A stretch of DNA of 64,000 nt from an uncultured Gammaproteobacteria bacterium (GCA_964409875.1 CAYPEN010000001.1:1313-65312); one strand, 5' to 3'. Shown: positions 20,569 to 30,078, counted from the first letter of the stretch. Numbers and translations: made by a program. Notes: generated by a model from the letters alone, not told the origin.

Positions 20569-20703
20569 ACTAACTCTTTGTTTTCGACGATTGATGGTTC
20601 TGCAAGGCAGAAGCATATGATTTGCTCATTTTAAACTATATTTCTACAATCAAACAAATCATACCGCATTAATCATCTCGGCACGTTTATATTTTACTAT
20701 AAA

Positions 20704-20768
20704 TTTGAGCCCCGAGTGGGAATCACCGCTCAATTGTTAAATTGACGCACCCACGGCCTCGTTCTTAC
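20704..20768 (-). pseudogene. Displaced, interrupted copy of the tRNA-Thr 3' half
   Basis: Identical to 20826-20868 except for a hairpin insertion in the T-loop. Confidence 0.8.
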
Positions 20769-20829
20769 GATTGACGAAGTCAAACGCAAGAGAGAAACGA
20801 CTCATTAAAGTTATCTCATATTCTATTTG

Positions 20830-20901
20830 AGCCCCGAGTGGGAATCGGACCCACGGCCTCGTTCTTACCAAGAACGCGCTCTACCACTGAGCCATCAGGG
20901 C
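20830..20901 (-). tRNA. tRNA-Thr(GGU)
   Basis: GCCCTGA...GCTC/GAGC D-stem, CGTTC-TT-GGT-AA-GAACG anticodon arm; CCA not encoded. Confidence 0.95.
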
Positions 20902-20936
20902 AAACTATAACGATGGTGAAAGTGGCAAGGTTTCCT

Positions 20937-20998
20937 TACCACTGAGCCATCAGGGCAAACGCAATGGATCAGTGTAGTGATCACTGAGCCATCAGGGC
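20937..20998 (-). repeat. Two extra copies of the tRNA-Thr 5' end
   Basis: cactgagccatcagggc is repeated within 20937-20960 and at 20982-20998. Confidence 0.85.
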
Positions 20999-21119
20999 TA
21001 ACTACAAACAATTCTGTTTGAATTGAAATTTTACCAAGAAGAACCATTTTTTTAAAGTGGTTATACGTATTTCAACCAACGTATTGATAAATTTGAGCGT
21101 ATAATTTATAATTGACAAC

Positions 21120-21299
21120 ATGGCAAAAAAATCTAAAGGAACACGACTTACACTCGGGCTGCAATGTACCGTTTGCAAGAATGTGAATTACATAACGGAG
21201 AGAAATAAGCTCAATACGCCGGAAAAATTAAATCTCAAGAAGTTCTGTAATTTCTGTAAGAAAATTCAGGTACATAAAGAAAGAGAAAAACTTAAATAG
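21120..21299 (+). CDS. rpmG: 50S ribosomal protein L33 (zinc-binding form)
   Basis: MAKKSKGTRLTLGLQCTVCKNVNYITERNKLNTPEKLNLKKFCNFCKKIQVHKEREKLK; missed by the ORF track (59 aa). Confidence 0.95.
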   Translation: MAKKSKGTRLTLGLQCTVCKNVNYITERNKLNTPEKLNLKKFCNFCKKIQVHKEREKLK

Positions 21300-21310
21300 T
21301 CCTCGACTTG

Positions 21311-21411
21311 AGCTTGAAGTCTTCGTTTCACTCGACTATAAGCAAGCTTGAAGTCTTCGTTTCACTCGACTATAAGCAAGCTTGAAGTCTTCGTTTCACT
21401 CGACTATAAGC
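21311..21411. repeat. Three tandem 34-bp palindromic units
   Basis: agcttgaagtcttcgtttcactcgactataagca x3 (last copy 33 bp), no spacers. Confidence 0.95.
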
Positions 21412-21501
21412 TCAACACACCTGAGAAATTAAATTTGAAGAAGTTCTGCAATTTTTTGCAAAAAGATACAGACTCACAAAGAAAGAGAAAAGTTAAAGTG
21501 A
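21406..21501 (+). pseudogene. Synonymously recoded remnant of the rpmG 3' half
   Basis: Encodes KLNTPEKLNLKKFCNFCKKIQTHKEREKLK* once one extra T is removed. Confidence 0.9.
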
Positions 21502-21533
21502 GTCGTTTCTTCACTCCCATTCGGTCCTTACGC

Positions 21534-21635
21534 TAAGTCATTACTCATTATCATATGCGGAAGTTTTTTTAAAAAAACTTCCTGAAAAGAGGAAGAATGT
21601 CTTGGCTCCGCTCCTATTCAGTCGCTTCGCTAGTC
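21534..21635 (+). repeat. Dispersed ~90-100-bp hairpin element, copy 1
   Basis: atgcggaagtttt...aaaacttcctgaaaagaggaagaa core is shared with 43109-43205 (-) and 63447-63525 (+). Confidence 0.8.
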
Positions 21636-21645
21636 TTTCTTTGTT

Positions 21646-22365
21646 TTAAAATTCCAAAACATCCAACACCTCAACATACGGTCCTACTACATGGTCCATT
21701 TTAAATGGAGCATATACATCAAGAATTCCGAGGATAAATCCTCTTTTTCCACTATCAACCAAATTGCCAATAGCAGTACTTGCATTTGCCAATTCCGGTT
21801 CGCTTTCCAACATTTGCTCTTGAAATACGGCAGAATTAGTTTTGAACCTTATTTGAACCTCTTTCAATAATGGGTCAGAGTAATTGGCCACCATTCTTTC
21901 AGTAAGTGCTTTAGGGGTAATGGGAGTTTTGAGGATGCCCGGCTGTGTTGCGACCAATATGTTGTACTTCATGTCACTATTTTTCCGCGCGTCTCTATCG
22001 GTAATGAGGCTTTTGAAATAGGTGGCAACTGCATGTTCATTGGATGGAGGCAATTCAAGTCCCACGTGTTGATATTGGTTGGCAAGTAGATTTACTCCGA
22101 ATACGGCGCCATTCATATATTGAGCGCTTTGTTCTTCTGAAAGGTGTATTTCATTACGCAACTTACTCATGTGCTCTAAATAAGAAAATAGAGCGTTGTC
22201 ATTTCTTTGTTGTTTGTCTTTTTCTACCTCAAAATAATATGGTGAGCGTGATGTTACATAGGTGTACCAGTCAATAGAATCGCGGACTGCCTTCTCAGAA
22301 ATAGGAAATGTAAACATGTGTTGTAACTCAGGGGTTGGAAAACCTTGCTCAGACTCTATGCTCAT
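21646..22365 (-). CDS. Hypothetical protein
   Basis: Long ORF; start moved to MSIESEQG, 7 nt after TACACT. Confidence 0.65.
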   Translation of the reverse strand: MSIESEQGFPTPELQHMFTFPISEKAVRDSIDWYTYVTSRSPYYFEVEKDKQQRNDNALFSYLEHMSKLRNEIHLSEEQSAQYMNGAVFGVNLLANQYQHVGLELPPSNEHAVATYFKSLITDRDARKNSDMKYNILVATQPGILKTPITPKALTERMVANYSDPLLKEVQIRFKTNSAVFQEQMLESEPELANASTAIGNLVDSGKRGFILGILDVYAPFKMDHVVGPYVEVLDVLEF

Positions 22366-22501
22366 GGTAAATAGTGTAGAGCATGTTAGGATTTTTTCAA
22401 GAGTTACCATTTTGTATCTTCTTTTGTATGTCAAACTGACAAGCTCTTTCTGTCAGGATTCCGTCAAGATTGTAAGAAAACCTTCGCTTAAGATAACTTT
22501 T

Positions 22502-23584
22502 ATGGGCAGCGAACTAAAAGATAGAACGTCCTACGACTTTACGGGTCTTCACCCCGAACTTTACCCTCAGCCAGAACTCGTCAGACAGCATATGGTGGGA
22601 GTAACGCTTGAGGCAGGAGTAGCCGTTGCCGAGGCGATTTCACAGTTTATTCCCGTTCCCGAAGGAGAAAGTCTTTCAAAGAGAAATAAAGATATCAGGG
22701 TTGAACTTCTTGATACTTTGGCGGCAGCCCGGTTTGAAGATAATCTCAAAAATGTTCCTTTTAGAGTCCTTTCTGTTGCAAGTGAAGGAGAAAAAGAATG
22801 GGAAAAGATGGGACGTGGCATGCCAACCGTACTTGGCGAACATGGTATGGGAGATAGGATGATAAGCATTGCAAATGATGTTGTTGAAGGAACAACTGCC
22901 GCATCACACAACAGGCCGGGAGCAATTTCGGTGCTTGCGGCTAGCACATATGGAGGAATTATGCCGACACCAAAAGGCGTAAAGTATATGGAGAAATTCT
23001 TTGCTCCGCCTGAGACAAAAGAGTATGTTGATATCCGGTATCCGCTTGGTCACAATCTTGATATGGTAAGAATGGTATATGGAGTGCCTGCTCATGAGAT
23101 AAACGTAGTGTCTATGAACAGAAAGACAAATGCCAGAATTCACGAAGAAACTCGGAAGTTTGGGGCGAATCTGCATCTTATTGAGGCAGGTGACTTAATG
23201 CCTTCATTGCTAGCAATAACAAGTCCGCATGAAAATGGGAGAGGAATTTATTTGGTTGCAGGTAGGGGTGGCATGGAAGAGGGAATTATTGCGGCTGTGG
23301 GTGCAAAGGCGCTCGACGCACACGCTCAAGGAAGAGAATGGCGAGAATCGCCGGAAAATAAAGATTTTCCTATCCCTGGCGGAAGAGTCATAAATCTTGA
23401 CGAGCTTGTCAGGGGACGACGGGAGCAGTCATTGGTGACCTTCACGCCTATAACCGACGATCCATGGTTTGATTTCCCGGGTGTTAAATTTACGAATGGC
23501 TCACTTGATGCGAAGGCAGTATTGCTGGACATGAATGGATTTCAGGTTATTCCGCACCACAAAGAATTGGGAATAGCTGCTTGA
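22502..23584 (+). CDS. glpX: Fructose-1,6-bisphosphatase class II (GlpX family)
   Basis: SEGEK, DVVEGTT (DPxEGT-like), AISVLA, YMEK, GGMEEGIIAA motifs; start moved to ATG 22502. Confidence 0.8.
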   Translation: MGSELKDRTSYDFTGLHPELYPQPELVRQHMVGVTLEAGVAVAEAISQFIPVPEGESLSKRNKDIRVELLDTLAAARFEDNLKNVPFRVLSVASEGEKEWEKMGRGMPTVLGEHGMGDRMISIANDVVEGTTAASHNRPGAISVLAASTYGGIMPTPKGVKYMEKFFAPPETKEYVDIRYPLGHNLDMVRMVYGVPAHEINVVSMNRKTNARIHEETRKFGANLHLIEAGDLMPSLLAITSPHENGRGIYLVAGRGGMEEGIIAAVGAKALDAHAQGREWRESPENKDFPIPGGRVINLDELVRGRREQSLVTFTPITDDPWFDFPGVKFTNGSLDAKAVLLDMNGFQVIPHHKELGIAA

Positions 23585-23587
23585 GCA

Positions 23588-24268
23588 TTACAAAACCAAA
23601 AGAGAGAAGAGGGCAAACGAGGCTCCCAGTAGCATTCCTCCGATAACATCGGTTGTCCAGTGTTCTCCAAGACTAATTCTTGAAACGAGCATAAGAAACA
23701 TATATATAAGTACAACTCCTATTAAACCATATCGCAAATATGCGGGTAGTCTTTTAGTTTTATATAAAAGAGATATGATTATAATGCTCAAAAAAATTAC
23801 ACGTAACGAATGTCCCGATGGATAGCTATCATTGGCATCAATATAAAAGCCAGGGAACTCTTTTGAGAGAGTTGTAGTACGCAGGAACATGTGTGGCGGT
23901 GGTGGTTGGTTGAGATAATTCTTGCCGATTATCTCAATGATATGTCCCAGACCGAAAAGGCCAACGGATAAAAGGCCCAAGAGTTTTCTATGCAGCAAAA
24001 GCGCTACAAGAAGGATAACAATTGAGGTTTCAAATCTACCTGAAACCGATAGAAACGAGAAAAGATCATCAAACCTGACCGGAATATGCGCCTGAAGTCT
24101 GACTGTTGTGTCAAAGTCGAAATGCCGCAACACATCCTTTTTTACGACAATTGTGAATATTGCAAAGAGAAGCGAAAAGAACGCTCCTGCACAAAAGAAG
24201 AATATAAGGTGATGATTTTGGAATGATGGTTTAAGATTGCGTTTCAAATGATGGGCAGCTTTTTCCAT
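23588..24268 (-). CDS. PAP2 family membrane phosphatase
   Basis: SYPSGH and SRISLGEHWTTDVIGG motifs; multiple TMs. Confidence 0.9.
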   Translation of the reverse strand: MEKAAHHLKRNLKPSFQNHHLIFFFCAGAFFSLLFAIFTIVVKKDVLRHFDFDTTVRLQAHIPVRFDDLFSFLSVSGRFETSIVILLVALLLHRKLLGLLSVGLFGLGHIIEIIGKNYLNQPPPPHMFLRTTTLSKEFPGFYIDANDSYPSGHSLRVIFLSIIIISLLYKTKRLPAYLRYGLIGVVLIYMFLMLVSRISLGEHWTTDVIGGMLLGASFALFSLLVL

Positions 24269-24330
24269 GGTAGTGACTATGATAACAGAATTTACGCTCG
24301 AAAAGAAATAAGTTCCGGCAATTCTTGGCG

Positions 24331-24900
24331 CTATTGTTTGGCTTGCTGCAAAACTAACGGGAACGCTTGATTCAATTCTTTTGAAATGAGAGATACCTTG
24401 ATTGTATTATTGGTATTGGTGATGAGTGCATTTTGTGATGAAAACTGACTCTCAACTAACGTTATATTCATAAGTTCTTTGACATCTCCTTGCATGAGTA
24501 GTGAACCTAAGTTAACCGAATTGTTGATGGCTTTATTTTTAGTGTCAATTCCTATTATTTGAACCAGATTTGGAAATTTTATATTGTAATTGAAAAAAGT
24601 TGAGTCAAGCGCATTGGAAGGTTTAAAGTCTACGAAATGAAGCTTTGCTGGATTGTAGTTAAAGGTTAGTTTTACGCCCGTGAGACTTCGCCCGCTTGTA
24701 CTGATTTGTAAGTTCAAAATATGTAAGTCCCCTTGATTTTTTGTAGCTTTGCGGGAATTTGTATACTGAGGAGTGGCTTGATCAGGCACATTTAGTGACT
24801 TTTTCCCGGTATCCAACAAAAGGGATGCAAAAGTTATAGCAACGGTTAAAAGTATTACAAAAGCAATTAACAGTAATGTTTTTTTATCGGATAGATTCAT
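24331..24900 (-). CDS. Membrane-anchored cohesin-like domain protein
   Basis: TM followed by GVKLTFNYNPAKLHFV cohesin-type strand motif. Confidence 0.6.
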   Translation of the reverse strand: MNLSDKKTLLLIAFVILLTVAITFASLLLDTGKKSLNVPDQATPQYTNSRKATKNQGDLHILNLQISTSGRSLTGVKLTFNYNPAKLHFVDFKPSNALDSTFFNYNIKFPNLVQIIGIDTKNKAINNSVNLGSLLMQGDVKELMNITLVESQFSSQNALITNTNNTIKVSLISKELNQAFPLVLQQAKQ

Positions 24901-24903
24901 ATT

Positions 24904-25947
24904 TTATAATGCGTTTTTTCTCCAAATCAGGTAATCCGACAAGTCAGCTTTGCCATCCGAATTGAAATCAGCATTTTGTGGTCTTTGACTTGCCGTTTCT
25001 GTTTTCCAAACATTAAGGTCTGAAATATTTGTCTTACCGTCACAATTGGCATCACCTTGTGCTTTTGTTGTGCAACTGACAACGCTTGTTGGAGCCTGTT
25101 GAGTTGGCTGCGTTTGCTTCGTTTGTGGTGATTGTGGCGCAGTCGTAGGGTTTGGTGTCGTTTGTTGGGTATGGGTGGGGTTACTTGTGGGTGTAGGTGA
25201 TTTTTTAAAGAAATTCCAAAATGATGAATTTCCCGAAGAGTTATTTTGCTGGTTACTTGAGGAAGAATCTGGTTTATTTTGTGTGGTACCAGATGATGTA
25301 GTCGTAGGTTCTACTTTTGTTGCAGGTTGAGAGGTAACTACAGGTATAGAAGTTGGTGATGCAGGATTTTGAACGATAATGTTGGTAGATGAAGAAGTGA
25401 TGGAGCCTTGTGTTGGGTCGATAATTTCTACCGTATTTCTTGTCTCATGAGATAAAGGGTACATGGTTGTATCAGAACCGAAGGATGCATCAGATATTGT
25501 TATGTCTGCAATTCCAGGTTGGACTCCGCGAAAGTAAAGCGTTCCGATTGTTCTTTTGCCACTTATGGATTCTCCTAATGTATCAAGTGCTAAAAACCTA
25601 AATGTACCGTGTGACTCCGTATCTTGTGTCGGCTCGTTGGGAGTAAGTTCGTTGTCAAATATGCTTTGAGGGATAAATGACACAAGCTTGAGGCTTTTGG
25701 GATTATAAGAGACAGTAAAGTCTAATAATGCAGCATTTACGCTTTTGCTATCAAGAATTACGGTTACAGGAAATAGCAATCCTATGCCTGCTTTTGTTAA
25801 ATTATTTTGAAGCGAAAGTGAAGCGGATTCTATGTCTGCTCGTGAACGCGTGTCCTGAATACTTTTCAATGCAAAAATAACAAGAGGAAGTGCTAAAAGC
25901 ATGAAGAAAAATAGAAATAATGTTTTTTTTGAATTCAATTTTTTCAT
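24904..25947 (-). CDS. Cohesin + dockerin (double EF-hand-like) surface protein
   Basis: TM-QDTRSRA, DFTVSYNPKSL cohesin motif, S/T/P/Q linker, GDANCDGK.NISD...ADFNSDGKADLSD. Confidence 0.75.
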   Translation of the reverse strand: MKKLNSKKTLFLFFFMLLALPLVIFALKSIQDTRSRADIESASLSLQNNLTKAGIGLLFPVTVILDSKSVNAALLDFTVSYNPKSLKLVSFIPQSIFDNELTPNEPTQDTESHGTFRFLALDTLGESISGKRTIGTLYFRGVQPGIADITISDASFGSDTTMYPLSHETRNTVEIIDPTQGSITSSSTNIIVQNPASPTSIPVVTSQPATKVEPTTTSSGTTQNKPDSSSSNQQNNSSGNSSFWNFFKKSPTPTSNPTHTQQTTPNPTTAPQSPQTKQTQPTQQAPTSVVSCTTKAQGDANCDGKTNISDLNVWKTETASQRPQNADFNSDGKADLSDYLIWRKNAL

Positions 25948-25948
25948 A

Positions 25949-28900
25949 TCAATTTATCGGAATATAATTGTCCAAATCCTCTAAAGATACTTTCCCATCG
26001 TTATTAAAGTCAGCAGTCTTACCATTCCCGCTCAACTTTTCAGAACGCCATATCAAAAGGTCTGAATTGTTGACCTTATTATCACAGTTAGCATCTCCTT
26101 GAGCTTTCAGTGGGCACGATTGGGCGGTTTGAGCACCCTGTACACTGCTATATGCCGTGTTTTGTTTTTTCGCACAAACAACGCATCTGTCATCAAATAT
26201 CTTACATGCGGTACCTTTGTCCGGACAACTTCTGAATTCAGAAGAAGCTACACCTGATTCTACATCTATTCTTCTTTTCTCCATTTTGTCTCCGTTGCAT
26301 GTCCAGTAGTCATATTTCACGCCTGCAAAAGCTGCCGATACAAAAGTTTTTGTGGCATCATACACAAGTGCTACATCAGCAGGACTTATGATATATGTAG
26401 CAGTTCCAAAAATATGTTCAGAAACTTGTTGAGCAATTATTTTGTTAACTCCTTTTGATGCTAAACGTTCTTCTAGCTCATAACCCACCAACTGGGTATA
26501 CTGACCGTGGGAATAGCTAATTATGTCTTGTCTTGATGCTTCTTCAAAATCCCTATTAACAATTAGTTCGGCATAGCTTACACCAGTTTTATCTTTGATA
26601 TATTGGTATGCCGTATCAATGATTAAGTTTTTCAAACTGAATGGCATAGGGATATTCGTTCCATCACCGCAATAGAGATGTTCAATGGTCGTGTTATCAA
26701 CTACAATAGGATCTGCACATTTAACCTTTTGATCTATCTCAGTACACACTTTGTTTTCTTTCCCGCAGTCTTCTTCTTTTATGAATGGACCGGACAATAT
26801 ATTGTTTCTGCATGCGGCTGAACCCTTAGGATACCATCCGTCCTTATCGGCTATCATATTAACATAGTTCTTTCCATTTTCGCCCTGATTAATTCCGCTT
26901 GATGGGTCATCTGCGCGATTCGTTGGGGGATGGACAGTAACGTTTTCAAGAGGCCGGTCATTACATATTGCGACAAGACCCACTTGGGTACATACCTTGC
27001 CTTCTGCAGCACAATCTTTTAAAAATTTATTAAAGGTCCATTCTGTTTTTGGATTACCCGACGAATCTTTTTCACCTGTTTCAATAATTCCAAGGTTATA
27101 TATTTTGTTGCTATCATTTCCTGTCCCGCAATGATTTGTAGCATTTTCCCTTTCATCAATGTTTTTCTTATCATTCGTACTATTGTCAAGGCAAGTATAT
27201 GATTCGAAATTTCCTGCGCCGACCACCTTACACTCTTGCCCTTTTGCTTTACAGTCAATGGCATTAGGATCCAGTCTTGGTGGGTTGAGGAAATTAAATT
27301 TTTGGGTTGGGTCGTATTTAGCATTCCCAGAAGAGAGATTAAAAATAACATTATCAACGCAGGTCCAACCTTCGGATTTGAAGTAAATATATTGTTTTTC
27401 CGAGGGACCTGAAGCACCGGGAATTATGGGTTTTGGAACACAACACAACTGTGACGTTGTTGCGCAGCTAGTGGTTCCGGTGGTATAGACTTCCTCCGTA
27501 TCACTGCAACTTTGACTCAAGCCGTTAATACATCTTCCACCTTTTGACGAGCAGTCGATAGGAGCAGCTGCCTTGCAACATGCCACATCAAATCCTGAAG
27601 AATCAGAGCAATTTGTCCCTACCGTATTTTGCTGTGTTCCGGTGGTGCATGCATTAGCTAAGGTAGTAAGGCATTCATATCCGGTCCCGTATTTTTGGGC
27701 GCAAGTCGTCGAAGGGTTGGTTTGTGAAGTGGTAGATGCATTTGTCGCAGTAACTTGAGTATTACCTGCTTTACAGCACATCATTTGAAAACCTCCTGAA
27801 TTATCACAGTCGGTTCCGGTCGGGTCCTTTTGAATCCCTGCCTTGCATTCATCGGTTGATGCTATCACACATTGGTATCCACTACCGTATTTTTGAGCGC
27901 AGGTTGATGTTGGACTAGATTGGGAGGTCGTTGAAGTGTTCGAAGAAGAATTTGAAGGAGCTACTGTTGGTGCGGCTGCTTTACAGCATGCCATATCAAA
28001 TCCAGCTGTATCCGAGCAATCTGTTCCCACAGTATTTTGTTGTATACCAGATTGGCATTCAGTTGATGAAGTCGTAAGACATTGGTATCCAGCACCGTAT
28101 TTTTGGTCACAAGAGAGTAATGAGGTTGTCGGTGTTGGGGTTGGTTGGGAATAGGGTGTTGGTGTGGGTGCGGCAGCTTTGCAGCATGCTACATCAAATC
28201 CTGCTGTATCCGAGCAATTTGTCCCTACTGTGTTTTGTCGTGTGCCGGACTGGCATTCGGTAGCGGAAGTTGTCAGACATTGATATCCATATCCATATTT
28301 CTGGTCACAGGAGAGTAATGTATTTGCCGGAGTTGGAGTGGATTGATAATAAGGGGTTGGTGTCGGGGTCGCAGCCTTGCAACACGCGACCTGAAACCCT
28401 GAAGAATCAGAGCAATCTGTACCTACCGTGCTTTGTTTTATTCCCGACTGGCATTCGGTAGCGGAAGTTGTAAGACATTGGTATCCTGCACCGTATTTTT
28501 GGTCACAGGATGAAGTGACAGGCGGCGCACAGGATTCACCGGTACTGATAGGTCCAAAATATCCGTTGGGGTCAAGCGTACACCCCTGTGCATTACAGGC
28601 TTCTACATCATAGAAAATACTTAAATTAGGTGCAAAACCTGAAATCGAGAAATTGGGTTGTGAGGAGGAAATCTGTTGCTGCCCGTTGGTATAACTTCCC
28701 CAGCCGTAAATTAAATGATAAGAGGTAGCATTTGGAACGGGAGCTGCAGAGAAGGAAATTGAAATTTGATTATTAGAACAAGTTCTGTTGGCACCCATAA
28801 CTCTTGGTCCTTGTGGAGGTCCTGCAACAACTTTGCAGCACGCATATGCACCTCCTGTATTGCATGTTGTTCCTATGGCAGACTGTTGTAGGTTGGGTGG

Positions 28901-29308
28901 TGCGCAGGTAGATGAGAAAGCGTCAACACATTGGTACCCTGCACCGTATTTTTGGTCACACGTTTGAGAGGACATTTGGGGAGTTGGGGTGGGTGCATCA
29001 GGAGCAAAACAACACATTGATTCTTGTCCAATCCATTGAGTGCATGCTGCATCCCCGTCCGGAGATGAGTAATGGGTTGAACCTGCAGGACATTGCGAAA
29101 AGTAGGAGAGAGGAACACAACTATTTGTGCCTCCCGTCGGATAATTGGGACAGCCGCTTTCTGCCGCATGCTGGCGGATATCAACCTGTTGCTTGAGTAC
29201 AAAAACCGTAACCGGAATAGAAAGCGCTGCTATAGCCACCAGAACCAATATGGGGATGAAGCCTTTTGAATTAAAATTAAATAATTTCGCTTGTGATATA
29301 TTTCTCAC
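25949..29308 (-). CDS. Cys-rich repeat surface protein with Fn3-like domain and C-terminal dockerin
   Basis: KGF-hydrophobic N-terminus, six C(D/A)QKYGxGY(Q/E)C...CCK repeats, GDANCDNKVN...ADFNNDGKV; probable GTG start at 29308. Confidence 0.8.
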   Translation of the reverse strand: MRNISQAKLFNFNSKGFIPILVLVAIAALSIPVTVFVLKQQVDIRQHAAESGCPNYPTGGTNSCVPLSYFSQCPAGSTHYSSPDGDAACTQWIGQESMCCFAPDAPTPTPQMSSQTCDQKYGAGYQCVDAFSSTCAPPNLQQSAIGTTCNTGGAYACCKVVAGPPQGPRVMGANRTCSNNQISISFSAAPVPNATSYHLIYGWGSYTNGQQQISSSQPNFSISGFAPNLSIFYDVEACNAQGCTLDPNGYFGPISTGESCAPPVTSSCDQKYGAGYQCLTTSATECQSGIKQSTVGTDCSDSSGFQVACCKAATPTPTPYYQSTPTPANTLLSCDQKYGYGYQCLTTSATECQSGTRQNTVGTNCSDTAGFDVACCKAAAPTPTPYSQPTPTPTTSLLSCDQKYGAGYQCLTTSSTECQSGIQQNTVGTDCSDTAGFDMACCKAAAPTVAPSNSSSNTSTTSQSSPTSTCAQKYGSGYQCVIASTDECKAGIQKDPTGTDCDNSGGFQMMCCKAGNTQVTATNASTTSQTNPSTTCAQKYGTGYECLTTLANACTTGTQQNTVGTNCSDSSGFDVACCKAAAPIDCSSKGGRCINGLSQSCSDTEEVYTTGTTSCATTSQLCCVPKPIIPGASGPSEKQYIYFKSEGWTCVDNVIFNLSSGNAKYDPTQKFNFLNPPRLDPNAIDCKAKGQECKVVGAGNFESYTCLDNSTNDKKNIDERENATNHCGTGNDSNKIYNLGIIETGEKDSSGNPKTEWTFNKFLKDCAAEGKVCTQVGLVAICNDRPLENVTVHPPTNRADDPSSGINQGENGKNYVNMIADKDGWYPKGSAACRNNILSGPFIKEEDCGKENKVCTEIDQKVKCADPIVVDNTTIEHLYCGDGTNIPMPFSLKNLIIDTAYQYIKDKTGVSYAELIVNRDFEEASRQDIISYSHGQYTQLVGYELEERLASKGVNKIIAQQVSEHIFGTATYIISPADVALVYDATKTFVSAAFAGVKYDYWTCNGDKMEKRRIDVESGVASSEFRSCPDKGTACKIFDDRCVVCAKKQNTAYSSVQGAQTAQSCPLKAQGDANCDNKVNNSDLLIWRSEKLSGNGKTADFNNDGKVSLEDLDNYIPIN

Positions 29309-29390
29309 AAAAAATGATAGCCCGGTTATCAATATAGTAGCAGTGTTTAGTGTGCTTGACAATCAATAGGGCTATTTATAGACTAATTCT

Positions 29391-30077
29391 ATGGAAATTC
29401 AAAATGAGAATAGTAAAGTGAATGCAGGAAACGAAAAAAAAGGATATGTACCTGAAACAACGGATGAGATTTTAGAGGATCTTACACCCACGCCTGAGAA
29501 AACTGATAGTTCTTTATTAAATTTTTTGAAATCCCGCACAATTAAATTGGCTCCATTAGCCTTGTTGGGAGCCGCAGTTTTTGGGGGTGCGAAAGTATAT
29601 GAGAATTCGCAGAATGGGAGTAGTGGGCAAGAAACTGCCGAAATTACTATGCAAGATCAAAAATTAATAGAAGGTTTTCAGCAGGGGGAGGGAATGATAC
29701 TTAAAGACTTGGCAAAAAGTCCGGAAGCATTTATGAATACTTACAAAAAAGGCGAAGTTATAGGGAGGGACGAGCATGGGAAGCCGGTTGAAACGGGGTA
29801 TGTTGATGTGAAAAATTATCCTGCAGATAAATTTCCGAATGGAGCTCCTGTGGAAGTAATTGCAAAACTGCCTGTTGGAACAAAAATCGAAAACCTAGCC
29901 ATAATTTCACCACAAGATAAGAAAGATGCTTCGGTGGGTGATAATTACATTTCATTTTCCTGCGAGTCAGTGAAAGGGGAATTTCATGATGCAAAAGAAG
30001 TTGAAAAGGTTATCGATCTTGGGAATGGAACTGTTTGTGTGGTCCCATGGGTAAATATTTACGGACAGGCTAGATAA
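29391..30077 (+). CDS. Hypothetical membrane-anchored protein
   Basis: Single TM; TTGACA-17-TAGACT-6-ATG promoter. Confidence 0.7.
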   Translation: MEIQNENSKVNAGNEKKGYVPETTDEILEDLTPTPEKTDSSLLNFLKSRTIKLAPLALLGAAVFGGAKVYENSQNGSSGQETAEITMQDQKLIEGFQQGEGMILKDLAKSPEAFMNTYKKGEVIGRDEHGKPVETGYVDVKNYPADKFPNGAPVEVIAKLPVGTKIENLAIISPQDKKDASVGDNYISFSCESVKGEFHDAKEVEKVIDLGNGTVCVVPWVNIYGQAR

Positions 30078-30078
30078 A

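Noticed and set aside
20704-20768. Intron-containing or split tRNA-Thr
   Set aside because: Only the 3' half is present, the insertion destroys the T-loop, and an intact copy lies 60 bp away.
21311-21411. CRISPR array (34-bp palindromic repeats); likewise the 30-bp repeats at 43269-43338
   Set aside because: Units are directly tandem with no unique spacers, and there are no cas genes in the window.
8658-21501. Diversity-generating retroelement (Avd-like gene plus duplicated gene ends as TR/VR)
   Set aside because: No reverse transcriptase in the window, and mismatches between copies are synonymous changes at all four bases rather than adenine-specific.
21348-21536. 62-aa ORF as a second L33 gene
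   Set aside because: It is repeat-derived sequence fused to a frameshifted remnant and lacks the N-terminal CxxC.
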